Shown here: positions 1 to 13,400 of the stretch, piece by piece
Numbering within the stretch: the stretch's first letter is position 1
Layout of the letters: each line of letters starts with the position of its first letter
From: Antechinus flavipes
Lineage: Eukaryota
DNA length: 64,000 nucleotides
Direction: 5' to 3'
Assembly (NCBI RefSeq): GCF_016432865.1
Contig: NC_067400.1
Span: 615,970,001-616,034,000, forward strand
Position numbers and translations under genes: made by a program
The notes under the pieces: generated by a model
Seen by the model: the letters and a program-made list of their open reading frames with translations, nothing else
Databases searched by the model: none
What the model was told of the DNA's origin: nothing

Positions 1-859
1 TTCCGAGGCTTCTCTGCAATAAGTGCGTTTGCGGCTTCCTCCTGTGACTCGCTACTCGTCGTTCCCTACGCGTTCCCTCGAGCCCGGGCGTTCTCCTCCG
101 CGTCAGGCCTGTGCGGGCTCAATACTATGCTACTTATCGATCTCTCTGGGATCAATCGATCGATAAATCGATCAGCGACTAGACATTACTAAGCGCCTGC
201 TTTGTGTGAGGTGCTAAGGGGGGGAGGGGGTACAAAACGAAGCGAAACAAAGCCTTAGGCCCGAATCTCCGGGCAGGGACCACTTGTCCCGCTTCTGCGC
301 ACGAAATCCCAGCTCGTTTGGACCCTTCGCAGCTCCTCCAACAACGTACCCTGCTTTTTACTGAAGATAGAACAAGTCAAGGAGTTAAAGCTAATTGGCG
401 GAGGCTGGGAGGGGGATGGGAGGGGTGGGGGAGGGGAGATACAGCCAGTCCAGTCGAGGTCCTAGGGCTGGAGATGCCCCCTCCCCCAGGGCTGGATGGC
501 CAGGCCGGGAAAGTCTAGCGTTTTATCCCAAGGGCAATAGGAGGGGACTGTGGAGCCGGGAAGGTCGCTGGGCATGGCCAGGGATCCACTGCAAGCGTGC
601 AAAGAGCTCCTAGGGATGCCCACTGTCAGACGCTGCTGGTCTGCACAGAATTGAAGCGGTCCCCACCACGAGGCACCAATGACCTCTCGGAAAAAGGTCA
701 CGGAAATAAACAGGTGATGAGCCACTCCTCCGGGAAGCCCTCCAGGACTTCTAGTCCTGGCTCCCGATCCTGTCCCGGCCTCGCTGGTGGGTTCTGAGCT
801 CAATCTCCCGTCCCGCCTCAGTTTTGCACGTCCGGATAATGGTCCCAGGAAAAGGGGGA

Positions 860-1400
860 TACACCGTCTTAGGATGTTCCAGCCGGCTCTAGACGTTCTA
901 GAAGCCTCAGGGTCTCTGCGGCTCGCGGGGACGGCCGGGGCCGGTCTAGCCAATCGGGTCCTCCTGACTCTCGATGGTTCGCAGCCGAGGCCCCGCCTCC
1001 TTCCCCCCGGGGAATGTGCGGCCTCCCGGGTCAGCTGTGCGCATGCGCACGGGAGGTCGGTGTGCGAGGCCGGCGCACTGAGCAAAGGGCAGGGAAGGAA
1101 GAGGGAGAAGAGGGGCGGGCGGGCGTTTTACGACAGTTGCCGGCGACCGTTGCCTGGGTTGTGGCGGTGGAGGGGTAGGCGCGCTTTGCGGCATGGCGAT
1201 GGCGGAGGGCGAGCGGCCTGGCTGTGCGCCTCCCCCCCGGGACGAGCCGCCGGCAGACGGCACCTTGAAGCGGGCTGAGGAGCTCAAGACGCAGGCTAAC
1301 GAGTACTTTAAAGGTGCCCCCCGGGGCTGGAGGGAGGGCGGCGGCGCCGGACGGGCGGGCGGTGCCATGGCAACGGGCGGGCGGGGGGAGGAGGGAGGCT
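860..1400 (+). promoter_or_regulatory. CpG-island promoter of PPP5C
   Basis: Dense CpG; NF-Y-type AGCCAATCGG 948-957; NRF1 palindrome TGCGCATGCGCA 1038-1049; GC box GGGGCGGG near 1112; RFX X-box-like GGTGCCATGGCAAC 1361-1374; no TATA. Confidence 0.85.
1193..1313 (+). CDS. PPP5C: PPP5C exon 1 (coding part)
   Basis: ATG 1193; [40 protein letters not shown]; phase-1 donor AAG|GTGCCC (weak). Confidence 0.96.
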
Positions 1401-4400
1401 GGAGGGCGCTGCCAGATAGGGAGCCATGGGGGAGACATGGGACACCGGCGCTATCAGATAGGGAACCGTGGGGAGATTACAGGGGAGGCGCTCCACAGAG
1501 GGTGCCCCGAGAATGCTGCCACCTGGGGAGACAGGTGGAGATCTTGTCCAGATAGGGAGTCATGGGGAAAGGGGGAGAAGGTTGTCACATACTGAGCCAT
1601 CTGAAGACATGAGGAGACTGCTGCCAGATAGTGAGCTATAGGGAAATGCGGAAGGGTGCCACATACTGAGCCATATGAAGATTGCTGCCAGATAGTGAGC
1701 CATGGGAAAATGTGGAGGTTGCCACATGGTGAGCCATATGAAGACTGCTGCTAGATAGTGAACCATGGGGAAATGTGGAGATTGCCAGATAGTGAGCCTT
1801 ATTGATTGCTGCCAGAAAGCGAGCCAAGGGAAAATGTTGTTACATGGTAAGCGGTAGGGAGACTGCTCTAGATAGTGAGCCATGGCGGGAGGAAGGGGGG
1901 AGTGTGAAGGTTGCCACATAGTGAGCCATGTGAAGACATGAGGAAACTGCTGCCAGATAGTGAGCTACCGGGAAATGTGGAGAGTTGCCAGATAATGAAC
2001 CATATCAAGATTGCTAATAGATAGAGAACCATAGGGAAATGTAGAGGTTGCCACATGGTGAGCCGGTCTGCTGCCGGATAGTGAGCTAAAAGGGGAAATG
2101 GGAAAATTGGCACAAAATGAGCCAAATTGACTGTTGCCATAAAGTGAGCCATAAGGAAACGTGAAGGTTGCCACATAGTGAACCATTAAAAGACACGAGG
2201 AGACTGCTGCCAGATAGTGAGCCACATAGCCATATTGACTGCTTCCAGAAATCGAGCCATAGGGAAATGTGCCACATGGTGAGCCAGTCTGCTGCCAGAT
2301 AGTGAGCTGGGGGGGGGGGGAATGGGAAGATTGCCACATAGTGTGCCCTATTGATGGCTGCCAGAAAGCGAGCCATAGGGAAATGTGAAGGTTGCCACAT
2401 ACTGAGCCATATGAAGACATGGGCTTGCCAGATAATGAGCCATGGGGAAAGGTGGGAGTGGTGGGAGCAATGTAGCAGGTTGCCACATAGTGAACCATGG
2501 GTGGATATGAGGAGCCAGCTAGGGAGCTGGGGGGGAGATGGCTTAATAGGGAGCCAGGGGAAGGTCAGAGGGGAAAGGCCTCAAGCTCGGGAGCTATGGG
2601 GAGGGAGGGGGCCGTAAGGAGATAGAGGGAGAGTGCTGGGGAACTGGGAGGATGGGGGTCTCGGGGAGCTCGTGTGCTGTTCCAGAGGGAGCCGGCAGGG
2701 AGTGAGGAGGGGCGCCCGATGGTGACGAGCCTGACCGGCCCCGAGCCCCGGACTAGGAGAAGGCACCTAGGAAAAAGTGGCCCCGCAAGGCCGAGGCGGG
2801 ACTTGAACTCGGGCCTTTCCCCCTTCACCTGGGCTGGGCTGCGGGCTGCGGCCTGTCCCGGGCTCTCCTTGCTGCCCTCCTGGGGCTTGGAGGGAGAGGG
2901 GGCTCCGACGCCCGGGTTTTCACATTTTCTGTTTCCGGAGAAAGCGGAGGGGACACCTGGAGCTTCGAAGTCAGACAGGTGGCGGCCGAAGGGCCTGCCA
3001 GAGAGGGAGCCACAAGGGGAGGGGGCGTGTCCGCAGTGACATCATCCTCCGGGCAGCAGGGAGGAGACCAGGGCCCCTTTTACAGGTGGGGAAACTGAGG
3101 CCGAGGGAGAGGGGCTTGCCCACACAAATCCGGGCTGAGCTGGGGCAAACCCCTGGGCCTGCTGCTTTTTTTCAGGACTTTCTGTAATATAACAATGCAA
3201 ATGGGGGAGGGAGGGGATGCCCTTCTTTTACCCTCAACCCCTGTCAAACCCCAACAGGAAATAGCTGAATCTGAAAAGGAGGGGGAGGCCACAGGAAATT
3301 GAGACAGGTGGGAAGGAGGCGCTGCCCTGTGCCTTTTGGGGGTGCCCTCTGTACCCCCGCCTTCTGAGCACATCCTTGTCAGGCAGCCCCCCGGTCCATC
3401 TCCCCTTCCTTCACAGCCTCCATGCAGCGGGACCAGGAAGTGACCTCTCCTCTTGACCTTCCCCTGCCGGTGACCCCCAGACTAGCCGCTCCCTTTCTGC
3501 CCCGTCCCTGGGGAAATCCTTCCTTCTTGGGTGTCACCTCCGGAAGCCCTGAGATAGCGCCCGGCCCACGCCCGGCCTCCGCCCCCTCAGATTGCCCGAG
3601 TGGTGCCCAGATTTCCTTCGGGCCTCTCTTCTCTGCTTAGTGGTCTTGGGCTGGAGAGAAGGTCCCTTGGGCCCCCTTTCTCCAGCCCCTGCCTGCTGCA
3701 GAGGCCCGGGCGGGGGAGGCCGGGGGCCCGGGCAGAGGCACAGGGAGGTTTAAGGCGGGCCAGAAGGCTGACAACGTTCTCAGTGGGCCCGGGAGGCCAC
3801 AGCTCTGTGGTGCTCCTGGGAGGAGGGCGAGGCTCCGAGGCCCGGTGCCCGGCCCGGATGGAGCCCCTGCGGGGGGTGGGCTCCCCTCCAGCCTGGCGGT
3901 GAGGAAGGGCCGGGCCCTGACCGGGGCTGCCCGCGCTGAGGCCTCTGGCCCCTGCTCCCCCCGGGAGGAGCCTTCTGTCCAGTTTCGGGGCCACTGAAAC
4001 CCCCGGCTCTTCTCTGGCTGTGCCTCCCCCAGCTCGCATTCTCTCACAGAGACTCACAGTCACACACGCCCTCTGCCCCCTGCTGCCCTGGAGGAGCTTG
4101 TGCCCTCTGCGGGAGAGGAGGGGGCGGGGCCCTTGGTGGCCAAAGGCGGCCGGGCCATGGGTGCCCCTCCCCCGCCCCCCCAGCTTGCCCGTAAGCCTGA
4201 AGCCCAGAGACGGGCCCTGGGTCCGGGGCCCTGGTGCCCCCGAGGTTTCTGGGTGACTTTGGCCATAAGGGTGAGCAGTGCTTCCACCTGCCGGTCCCCG
4301 GGCACAGAGCTCAGGCACTGCCAGAGTCCCCCAGAGGCCTGGCTGGGGACCCTCGGGCCCATCCCGGAGGCCTGGGGGGGAGGGGCTGGGGACCCTCGGG

Positions 4401-7400
4401 CCCGTCCCGGAGGCCTGGGGGGGAGGGGCTGGGGGGCCTCGGGCCCGACCTGGAGGCCTGGGAGGGGAGAGGCTGGGGGGCCTCGGGCCCGTCCCGGAGG
4501 CCTGGGGGGGAGGGCCTGGGGACCCTCGGGCCCGACCTGGAGGCCTGGGAGGGGAGAGGCTGGGGGGCCTCGGGCCCGTCCCGGAGGCCTGGGGGGGAGG
4601 GGCTGGGGACCCTCGCCCTGAGTCACCCATGGGAGCCCGGCCCTTCTAACCCGCCCGTCTCCCACCCATCCAGGCAAGGACTACGAGAACGCCATCAAGT
4701 TCTACAGCCAGGCCATCGAGCTGAACCCCAACAACGCCATCTACTATGGCAACCGCAGCCTGGCCTACCTCCGGACAGAGTGCTACGGCTACGCCCTGGC
4801 AGACGCCACCCGCGCCGTGGAGCTGGACAAGAAGTACATCAAGGGCTACTACCGCCGGGCCACCAGCAACATGGCCCTGGGCAAGTTCAAGGCCGCGCTG
4901 CGGGACTACGAGACGGTGAGCCGCCGCCCCTCCCCCCGGGGGTCCCCGGCAGGGGGCGTGCGCCAGGCAGGGGCCCCGCAGAAGGTCCCCCAAGGGACCC
5001 ATCTCTGACCCGCCGAGGACACAGCTCCAGGCGGGGGTTGTTGCTCTGCCACAGTCAGAACCAGGAGTCCAGAAACTCGGGGGAGACGGGCGGGCAGAGC
5101 GGGGCACGTGCTCCTGGGGACGCGGGTCTTGTTGCCGTCTTATTCCTGTATCACAGGCCTTTCTGGATGTGGTCCCACCTCATTGTGCCCCCCCAAAAAC
5201 CCCTAATAGAGTGGGGGTGGAGCAGGAGAGGGCGCCCTGTCCCGTCCCCCTGGGGACCCCGCCCCCTTCCACCCCGCAGGGAGCCCGAGGGGCTGTGTGC
5301 AGAGCTCCCCGGGGCCTTGCCTGCATCCTCACACTCGCTAAAGTTCTGGGGTCTTGGCGCCTCAGCGCGCGCTCCGAACATCGGGTGTGTGTGGGGGGAC
5401 CTTTTGTCACGGGGGGCTCTCAGACCCACGGATGTCCCCGTGCAAACCCCCCCCCCCCGATGTTCCAGGCCCTGGGGGGGCAGCTTCCCTGCGGGCTTCG
5501 GTGGGCTCTGGGGGGGGCGTGCCCCGTGCACACAGCCGGGAGCCGGCCGCTTGGGGCGTCTGTCCCCTTATAGGGCCCCCTCCCCCAGCAGCCTTGGGCC
5601 GGGTGTGCCGCGGGCCTCGGACAGTGTTTCTCTCCGTGCGGGCCTCCTGGCTTTTGTGAGCGGGTGTAGACGGGAGGTCACGGGTGTGGGGTCCTGGGCT
5701 GGAAGGCTGCGCCGTTTCCCCCCGGCCCCCTGGCCTTGCTGCGTGTGCTGGGTCCGTGGGGGGCAGGGGCGCCTGAGGGGGCAGATCCCAGAGGCAGCTG
5801 GGGCTCACTCGGGGCCCCCGTGCCCGTGGCGGCCAGACCTTGCTATGGGCGCGGTGAGAGGACGCTAGGCAGGAGTGGGGGCCGCGGCGTCTCCCAGACA
5901 AACCGCTGCTCTTCGGCCCCGGGAGGAGGCGTGTCGGCCTCTAAGGATTTGGACTTTTGGACCCTCGGGGTGGGAGCCTCTAGTTTATGAGCTGGGAGGA
6001 TTCGAACCTGGTGTGTGCTGGGAAAAAGCCAGGCCCAGGGAAGGAAATGGGGCATGTTGGGGAGCTGGGGGGAGGGGCTGGGGCCTGGGAAGTTGGGGGT
6101 CGAGGGGGGCTGGGTGGGGGACTCCCGCACCCACTGGCGAAGGCCCATTTCTCCTGGCTCCTCACACCCTTGTAGGCCCCCCACAAACGTCTGTGTCAGT
6201 GGGGAGCCTGGCCCTGCCCACCCCCAGCCTGGGTCTCCCAGAGGACTTAGGCCACCGCTCGCTGAGGCCCCTTCCTGCTCCAGGAGTCTCTTCTCCCCCT
6301 GCCGGCCCCGAGCCCGGGTGGAGCGGGAGAAACGGCGCTGCTGCGCGGCCCCGGGAGGCCCCGGGCTTTCTGGAGGGCGGGTGGGGAGCAAGGGGCTCTG
6401 GGGTGTCCTTCGGGGCCCTTCCTGCACTGCCCCCGGCGCGCACAGCCCCGTTTCTGAAACCTCCTGGGCAGGCGCGGGGCTTCGGGACCTTTCCCTGTGC
6501 TGTCAGCTCAGAGGTCCTGCCGGCTCTGGGCCCGAAGCAGGCAAATGACTGTTTCCAGCTCCCTGTACCCGGGACCTGAGGAGTTTATTTCCAGCCTCGG
6601 TTTCCCTTCGTCTCACTCCCGATGGGAGTGCGCCCCGGGGCCTCGGCCTTTCTCCAGACCCGGGTGGGAGCCCCAGCTCCCTCCTCGAACAGGTCCCGTC
6701 CCCTCTGGGCTGGCCGAAGGCCGCCGTGCCCGGCTCCCAGGCCCCGGAAACCTCCAGTGTTTGGCAGCAGAGGCGCCCCCTGGCCCGGCCTGGGCGGGAA
6801 CCACGGGGCATCTGCCACCCGAGGCCCAGAGCTGAGGCCTTTGTGGGGCTGGCCCCGAGCTGCCTTCCCGGGGGCTGCTTTAAGCACAGGAGCTAGGCCT
6901 TCCTGGCCACTCGGGCCCTCCCGGCTCCCGCCGGAACCAGGGACCCAGAACCGGACTGGGCCGACGTGCCCTTTGGCCTGTGGCAGCTCCCTGGGCTTTC
7001 TGGGCGCAGACGGCGCGCTGCCCCTGGTGGCCGTTGTGGGCCCTCCGGCCGTCCTCCCCAGGGACCTCCCTGCCTCCTCCTCCTGCAGGAGCGCCCGGAT
7101 TCCCCCGGCCGGGCGCCCTCTCCCTTTGTCCCTGCGCCGTCTCCTTCCTCATCTTCAGGGTCAGGCAGCCCGGCCCGCAAGGACCCATGGCCGCTGCAGT
7201 CAGCCGGGCCGGAGTGCGGGCGTGAGGAAGCTCCCGAGGGTCAGGCGGGTCAGTGGGCATGGTTAGGAGCCCAGGCCAGGGGGCAGGCGGGGCTGGCCCA
7301 GAGAGCGTCCGGCCCCTCCCTCCTGACCCGCCTTCCTCTCTGTAAGTGGCCTGGGAGATCCTCCCCGAGGCCGGGGCTCCCCAGGGGCCCAGCCCCTGCT

Positions 7401-10400
7401 TTCTGCTCCCTGACGCGCTCCCATCTCCTGTGCAGGTAGTGAAGGTGAAGCCCAATGACAAGGACGCCAAGATGAAGTACCAGGAGTGCAACAAGATCGT
7501 GAGGCAGAAGGCGTTTGAGCGCGCCATCGCCGGGGACGAGCACAAGCGCTCGGTCGTGGACTCCCTGGACATCGAGAGCATGAGTGAGTCGCGCGCTGCC
7601 CCCGGGGCGGGGGGCTCGGCTTGGCAGCTGGGAGCCTCCCCTCGGGTGCTCCGTCTGCTCCCAGGGGCTCCTCCCCTCCCCTCTCGCCTTCCCAGGGACA
7701 GCCAGGCCTGGGCCTGCCCATGTGGTGTCCCCGAGACAGGGCAGCCAGGGGAGCTCGGGTGGAGGGGCCGCCCGTCCTTCTCCCTGTGGGCCCCCACCCC
7801 GCTCCCTCGCCCTCTGCCCCCGCTCCTAGGTGGCCCGGGGTGCCACGGGCGAGAGCCCGGCTCTTGGGCCCCATCCCTGGCTCTGCACTGAACCCTTGCT
7901 GCGGCCTCAGGTGGCCCTCCCCGCTGGCGCTCCGGGGGGTCCCTGACAGAGCCCCCGGCCCACGAGGGGGATTTTTCTCCCGGGATCCCCGCGTTCCGCC
8001 TCTGTTCTCACTTTGTTGGTGTCTCCCTCCTGGTTCTGGGGGGAGAAGCAGGACCTCTTAGCATCTGGTTCTGTGTCGGGGCGTTGGCGATCCTGGGGCG
8101 GGCGGACCCTGTATCTTGGGATGGAGCGGCTGAGCCCGGGGGTGGCGGGGGGCAGGGCCCTCCTTCTGCAGCCGCCCCCCGGACCCTCTGCGGGGGGCCG
8201 CGCTCAGCCTCCTCTCGCAGCCCTGGTCCCCTCGCCCCCGGACTCCTCCATCTCCGGCCCTCTCTTCTCCTTCTTCCTTCCTTCCTGCCCTCACTTTCTC
8301 CATCCTTCCTCTGTCTCCAGGAGAAGGTCCCGGAGTCTCCTCTTGTTTGAACTTTGTTTCCTTTTACCTTGTGGTCGGGGTTGGGGCCTGACCGAGCCGG
8401 TCCGCTCCGCATTGTTAAGACATCCTCTGCTTTCTCACATCCGCTTCCCAGGGTCTAGCAGAACAACATCCTCTTCCCTGCCAAAAAAAGAACATCGGGC
8501 CGGCCCCGCTCCCTCCAGGTCTCTCGCCAGGGACCGCTGGGTAGCAGCACCCTGTGCGCTCTTCTTCCAGAACCGCTGGGTCTCAGAGATGGAGGGGTCC
8601 GGGCCCCCCAGGCATTCCCGAGCAGGCTCCTCCCCTCCTGCGGCAGGAAGCTCACCAAGAACCTGGGCTCCTTTTCTTCCCCTCCTGGCGCTGCTCCTAG
8701 TTCTGGCCTCTTGGGGCTGGTCCGTCCCCGGGCCGTCGTGCCCGGCCCGCTCCCTGCTGCCTGGGTACCCCCTGGGCCGGGGCCGGGCTCTGCGGTAGGC
8801 GGCCTTGTCCAAGACCGGCCCGCTCCGGCATGGAGCTGCGCGGGGCCCGGGATGATGCACTTGGAGAAGGAAGGGCCTCCACGCTCCCGAAGTGAGGAGG
8901 GAGGTGATCCGTATGGGGTGGGGGAGCGACGCCCCCAGACCCCAAATCCTTGTACAGGCAAAGGGACTGAATCCCAGGGATGGAAAGGACTGCGGGGCTG
9001 AGAGGCAGGACTCCGGCCTGGGCTAACCTGGCGCCCTGTAAACGCCGAGGAGACTTGGGGTGTCTGGGAGCTCCGCAGTGCTTCTGCTAAACTCCCTCCC
9101 AGGCTTCAGGAGGCACGTCTTAATTTCATGGTGCAGGGAGCCGGGGAAACACTAAAAACCCAAAGAGAGTCACGCGTCCGTGTTCTACTCTTAAGGAAGT
9201 TGAACCCAGCGGGCCAGTGAAAATGAACCTGATCTCAGAGACAAAGAAGCAGGCTGGGGGTGAGAGAGGCAGGGTGCAGCTCAAGCTCCTGCCTCGGGGG
9301 CACCAGTTAGTACCTCCTACATGCTGATGGGGATTCCGGGACTACAGCATTGAGCTCCCGCATCCTGCTGTTGGAAAAATGGAAACAGAGAAAAAGGTGT
9401 TGCCTAAGGTCAGGTCGGTGTTCGAGCCGGCGCTGAAATGCCCAGTCCGGGACCTGTTTTGCCACAGTCCCTCTGCCTTTATCCCACTTTTGACTTCTGT
9501 CCTTCCGGGCTGCAGAGCCTCAGGTATCTTAGCCTTTCCCTGAAAATCTCACAGGCAGGGACCAAGAAACCCAGGAGTTAAAATCAGCACTTGTTACTGG
9601 TGTACTTTGTGACCTTACGTTAGTTTCTTTCTCTCTCCGAACCTTACTTTCCCCACCTGCAGATTTAGGGGACTGGACCAGGTGATCCGTTAGCTCTTGC
9701 AGCTCCAGGAGTCCATGGGCCCATCATTCTAGCTTAAGAAAGACTGGTATTGCTTTTCCCACAGCTTTTTTAAAAAGGTGCTCTTTCCCCCCACTTCTGT
9801 GCCTTCCCAGGGGCTCTCCCAACCCTCCTGTCCCTCTAACCACAGGCTCTTCATTTAAGAACAGAGAGAAGATAGAATAAATCAACAAATTCTTTGCTCA
9901 TATATCTCAAAATCTGAGTTACTTAAAAGAGTTCAGTGGTTCTCTGTTCTCTAGATGATTTTTTAAAAATTTGTCAAATTTTTTTTTTTGTCATTTAAAA
10001 AAAAAAATTTATTTAATAATTACTTTATATCAACAGAATCCATGCCAGGGTAATTTTTTTACAACATTATCCCTTGCACTCACTTCTGTTCCGATTTTTC
10101 CCCTCCCTCCCTCCACCCCCTCCCCTAGATGGCAAGCAGTCCTTTACATGTTGGATATATTGCAGTATATCCTAGATACAATATATGTTTGCAGAACCGA
10201 ACAGTTTTCTTGTTGCACAGGGAGAATCGGATTCAGAAGGTAGAAATAACCCGGGAAGAAAAACAAAAATGCAGATAGTTCACATTCGTTTCCCAGTGTT
10301 CTTTCTTTGGGTGTAGCTGCTTTTGTCCATCATTTATCAATTGAAACTCAGTTAGGTCTCTTTGTCAAAGAAATCTACTTCCATCAGAATACATCCTCAA

Positions 10401-13400
10401 ACAGTATTGTTGTTGAGGGATATAATGATCTCCTGGTTCTGCTCATTTCACTTAGCATCAGTTCATGTAAGTCTCGCCAGTCCTCTCTGTATTCATCCTG
10501 CTGGACATTCCTTACAGAACAATAATATTCCATAACATTCATATACCACAATTTACCCAGCCATTCTCCAATTGGTGGGCATCCATTCAGTTTCCAGTTT
10601 CTAGCCAATACAAACAAGTCTACCACAAACATTCTGGCATATACAGGTCCCTTTCCCTTCTTTAGTATCACTTTGGGGTATAAGCCCAATAGAAACACTG
10701 CTGGATCAAAGGGTATGCACAGTTTTATAATTTTTTGGGCATAATTCCAGATTGCTCTCCAGAATGGTTGGATTCGTTCACAACTCCACCAACAATGCAT
10801 CAGTGTCCCAGTTTTCCCGCCTCCCCTCCAACATTCATCATTATTTTTTCCTGTCATCTTAGCCAATCTGACAGGTGTGTAGTGGTATCTCAGAGTTGTC
10901 TTAATTTGCATTTCTCTGATCAATAATGATTTGGAACACTCTTTCATGTGAGTGGTAATAGTTTCAATTTCATCATCTGAAAATTGTCTGTTCATATCCT
11001 TTGACCATTTATCAATTGGAGAATGGCTTGATTTCTTATAAATTTGAGTCAGTTCTCTATATATTTTGGAAATGAGGCCGTTATCAGAACCTTTAACTGT
11101 GAAGATGTTTTCCCAGTTTGTTGCTTCCCTTCTAATCTTGTTTGCATTAGTTCTGTTTGTACAAAGGCTTTTTAATTTGATATAATCAAAATTTCCTATT
11201 TTGTGATCAGTAATGGTCTCTAGTTCATCTTTGGTCACAAATTTCTTTCTCCTCCACAAGTCTGAGAGATAAACTATCCTATGTTCCTCTAATTTATTTA
11301 TAATCTCGTTCTTTATGCCTAGGTCATGGACCCATTTTGATCTTATCTTGGTATATGGTGTTACGTGGAATCCATGCCTAATTTCTGCCATACTAATTTC
11401 CAGTTATCCCAGCAGTTTTTATCAAATTTGTCAAATCTTGATGAAGTAAGGAGGCAAGGTCTAGTTGAGTCCTTCTTGGCAGCAGCCTCCCTCATGGCAG
11501 CTAGGATGTTGAGGAGCTCTTCTCTCTTCCCCTTGGCCAGGGTGTGAATTCCCACCCTTTTTTTTGGGGGGGTGAACTTAGGGACTCACTTATCCTTGGA
11601 GACTTTTACCAGTTCCACGGCCTACCTTTCATAAGGAGCAAAGCCACACACGTCCCGGATCTTATCTCTCACAGACTTGGTGTGTTTGGTCAACACCCAC
11701 AGCAATGGCAGCGTCATGGCTTCGGACCGTTCTTGGTGGTTCTTGGTGACTTTGTGGCCCTTGTTGAGGTCTGCCATGGTGCTATTGTAGCCCCAATAGC
11801 AGCCACAGCAGAAGGCGATGTATTTTTTTGTTCTTTTGCCTGTGACATAATCTTTTTCTTTTCTTTCTTTTTTTTTCACTCTATAAACAAGAAAGATTTG
11901 GTTTGCCTACATAGGTTTTTTTTTTTTTTTAATTATATAACTGTATTTACTTGTGTTCCTGTTGTTTGGGATGTTTGCAGATCAAGTAATCTTTCTTTTG
12001 TGCGTTTTTTGTTTTTGGAGGAATATCTCAAGTACCTCTCTTGTTGAAAGCTTATCTTGCATTGATCAATCAGTATATAGGATCTATTATTTTGGCTTAC
12101 AACTTGAGCGCCTTTTTCTTTTTGGAATATACTGTTTCCTTGTGTTCACTGATTTCCCATGAACATCAAATAATCTTTCCTTCATATTTAGAGAGCTCTC
12201 TTTTTGGCGGCTTGGCAGAATTTTTTGTTGTTTTTGTAACTTGAAATTCAGTCAACATATATATCCCTAGAATTTGAAGCATGTTTGTTTTCTCCTCTGA
12301 TGCCCATCTGTGGATTCTGTGTATTGTTGTCTGTACTCAGAATTTGGGACAGTTTTCTTTCTTTCTTTCTTTTTTAAATAACTTTTTATTGACAGAACCC
12401 ATGCCAGGATAATTTTTTACAGCATTATTCCTTGCATTCACTTCTGTTCCGATTTTTCCCTTCCCTCCCTCCACCCCCTCCCCCAGATGGCAAGCAGTCC
12501 TTTACATGTTAAATAGGTTGCAGTATATCCTAGATACAATATATGTGTGCAGAACCGAACAGTTCTCTTGTTGCACAGGGAGAATTGGATTCAGAAGGTA
12601 GAAATAACCCGGTTTACATTCATTTCCCAGTGTTCTTTCTTTGGGTGTAGCTGCTTCTGTCCATCCTTGATCAATTGAAACTGAATTAACTCTCTTTATC
12701 GAAGAGATCCATTTCCATCAGAATACATCCTCAAACAGTATCATTGTTGAGGGATATAATGATCTCCTGGTTCTGCTCATTTCACTCAGCTTCAGTTCGT
12801 ATAAGTCTCTCCAGTCCTCTCTGTATTCATCCTGCTGGTCATTCCTTACAGAACAATAATATTCCATAACATTCATATACGACAATTTACCCAGCCATTC
12901 TCCAATTGATGGGCATCCACTCAGTTTCCAGTTTCTAGCCACTACAAACAGGGCGGCCACAAACATTTTGGCACATGGGACAGTTTTCTTATGCCCTTGG
13001 CTGTTGTTTAGGCTTTTTGATTTGATGTTCTCTTTTGGAAGATCTGTGATCTGGAAGTTTTCTTTACATAGCCTCACTTCTATGGAATTCATGTGCTCTG
13101 TGAATGTAACCTCTCCTTTTTGCTTTTCTTCTGCCGAATTGTTTTCTATTTCAGTATTTTTGTGTTGAGGTTTTATTCTCTCAGAGCCTCTGTTGTGCTT
13201 TGGAGGAGTTTTTTGTCAGTTATTCATTTTTTCTTACTCAGCTATTTATGTTTTTAAATTCATTATGTTTGATTTCTGAGCTTCAAACTTTTATCTCTAT
13301 TTTGAATTATTCTGGAGTTGCTTCCTCCTGTTTTAGGATCTCGAGAGTACAGAGTTTTCCTTTTCTTTGGTTCATTTTCTTTAATGGTACAATATTTATT

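Noticed and set aside
1-860. Possible 3' end of HIF3A (upstream neighbour in human)
   Set aside because: No HIF3A-like coding sequence or clear terminal exon is seen in the window.
4234-5868. 544-aa plus-strand ORF (also 13872-15503, 543 aa, and many 100-350 aa Pro/Gly/Arg-rich ORFs)
   Set aside because: These result from very high GC content (few stops) and non-ATG starts. They overlap PPP5C exons or tandem repeats and have no recognisable domain beyond the real exons.
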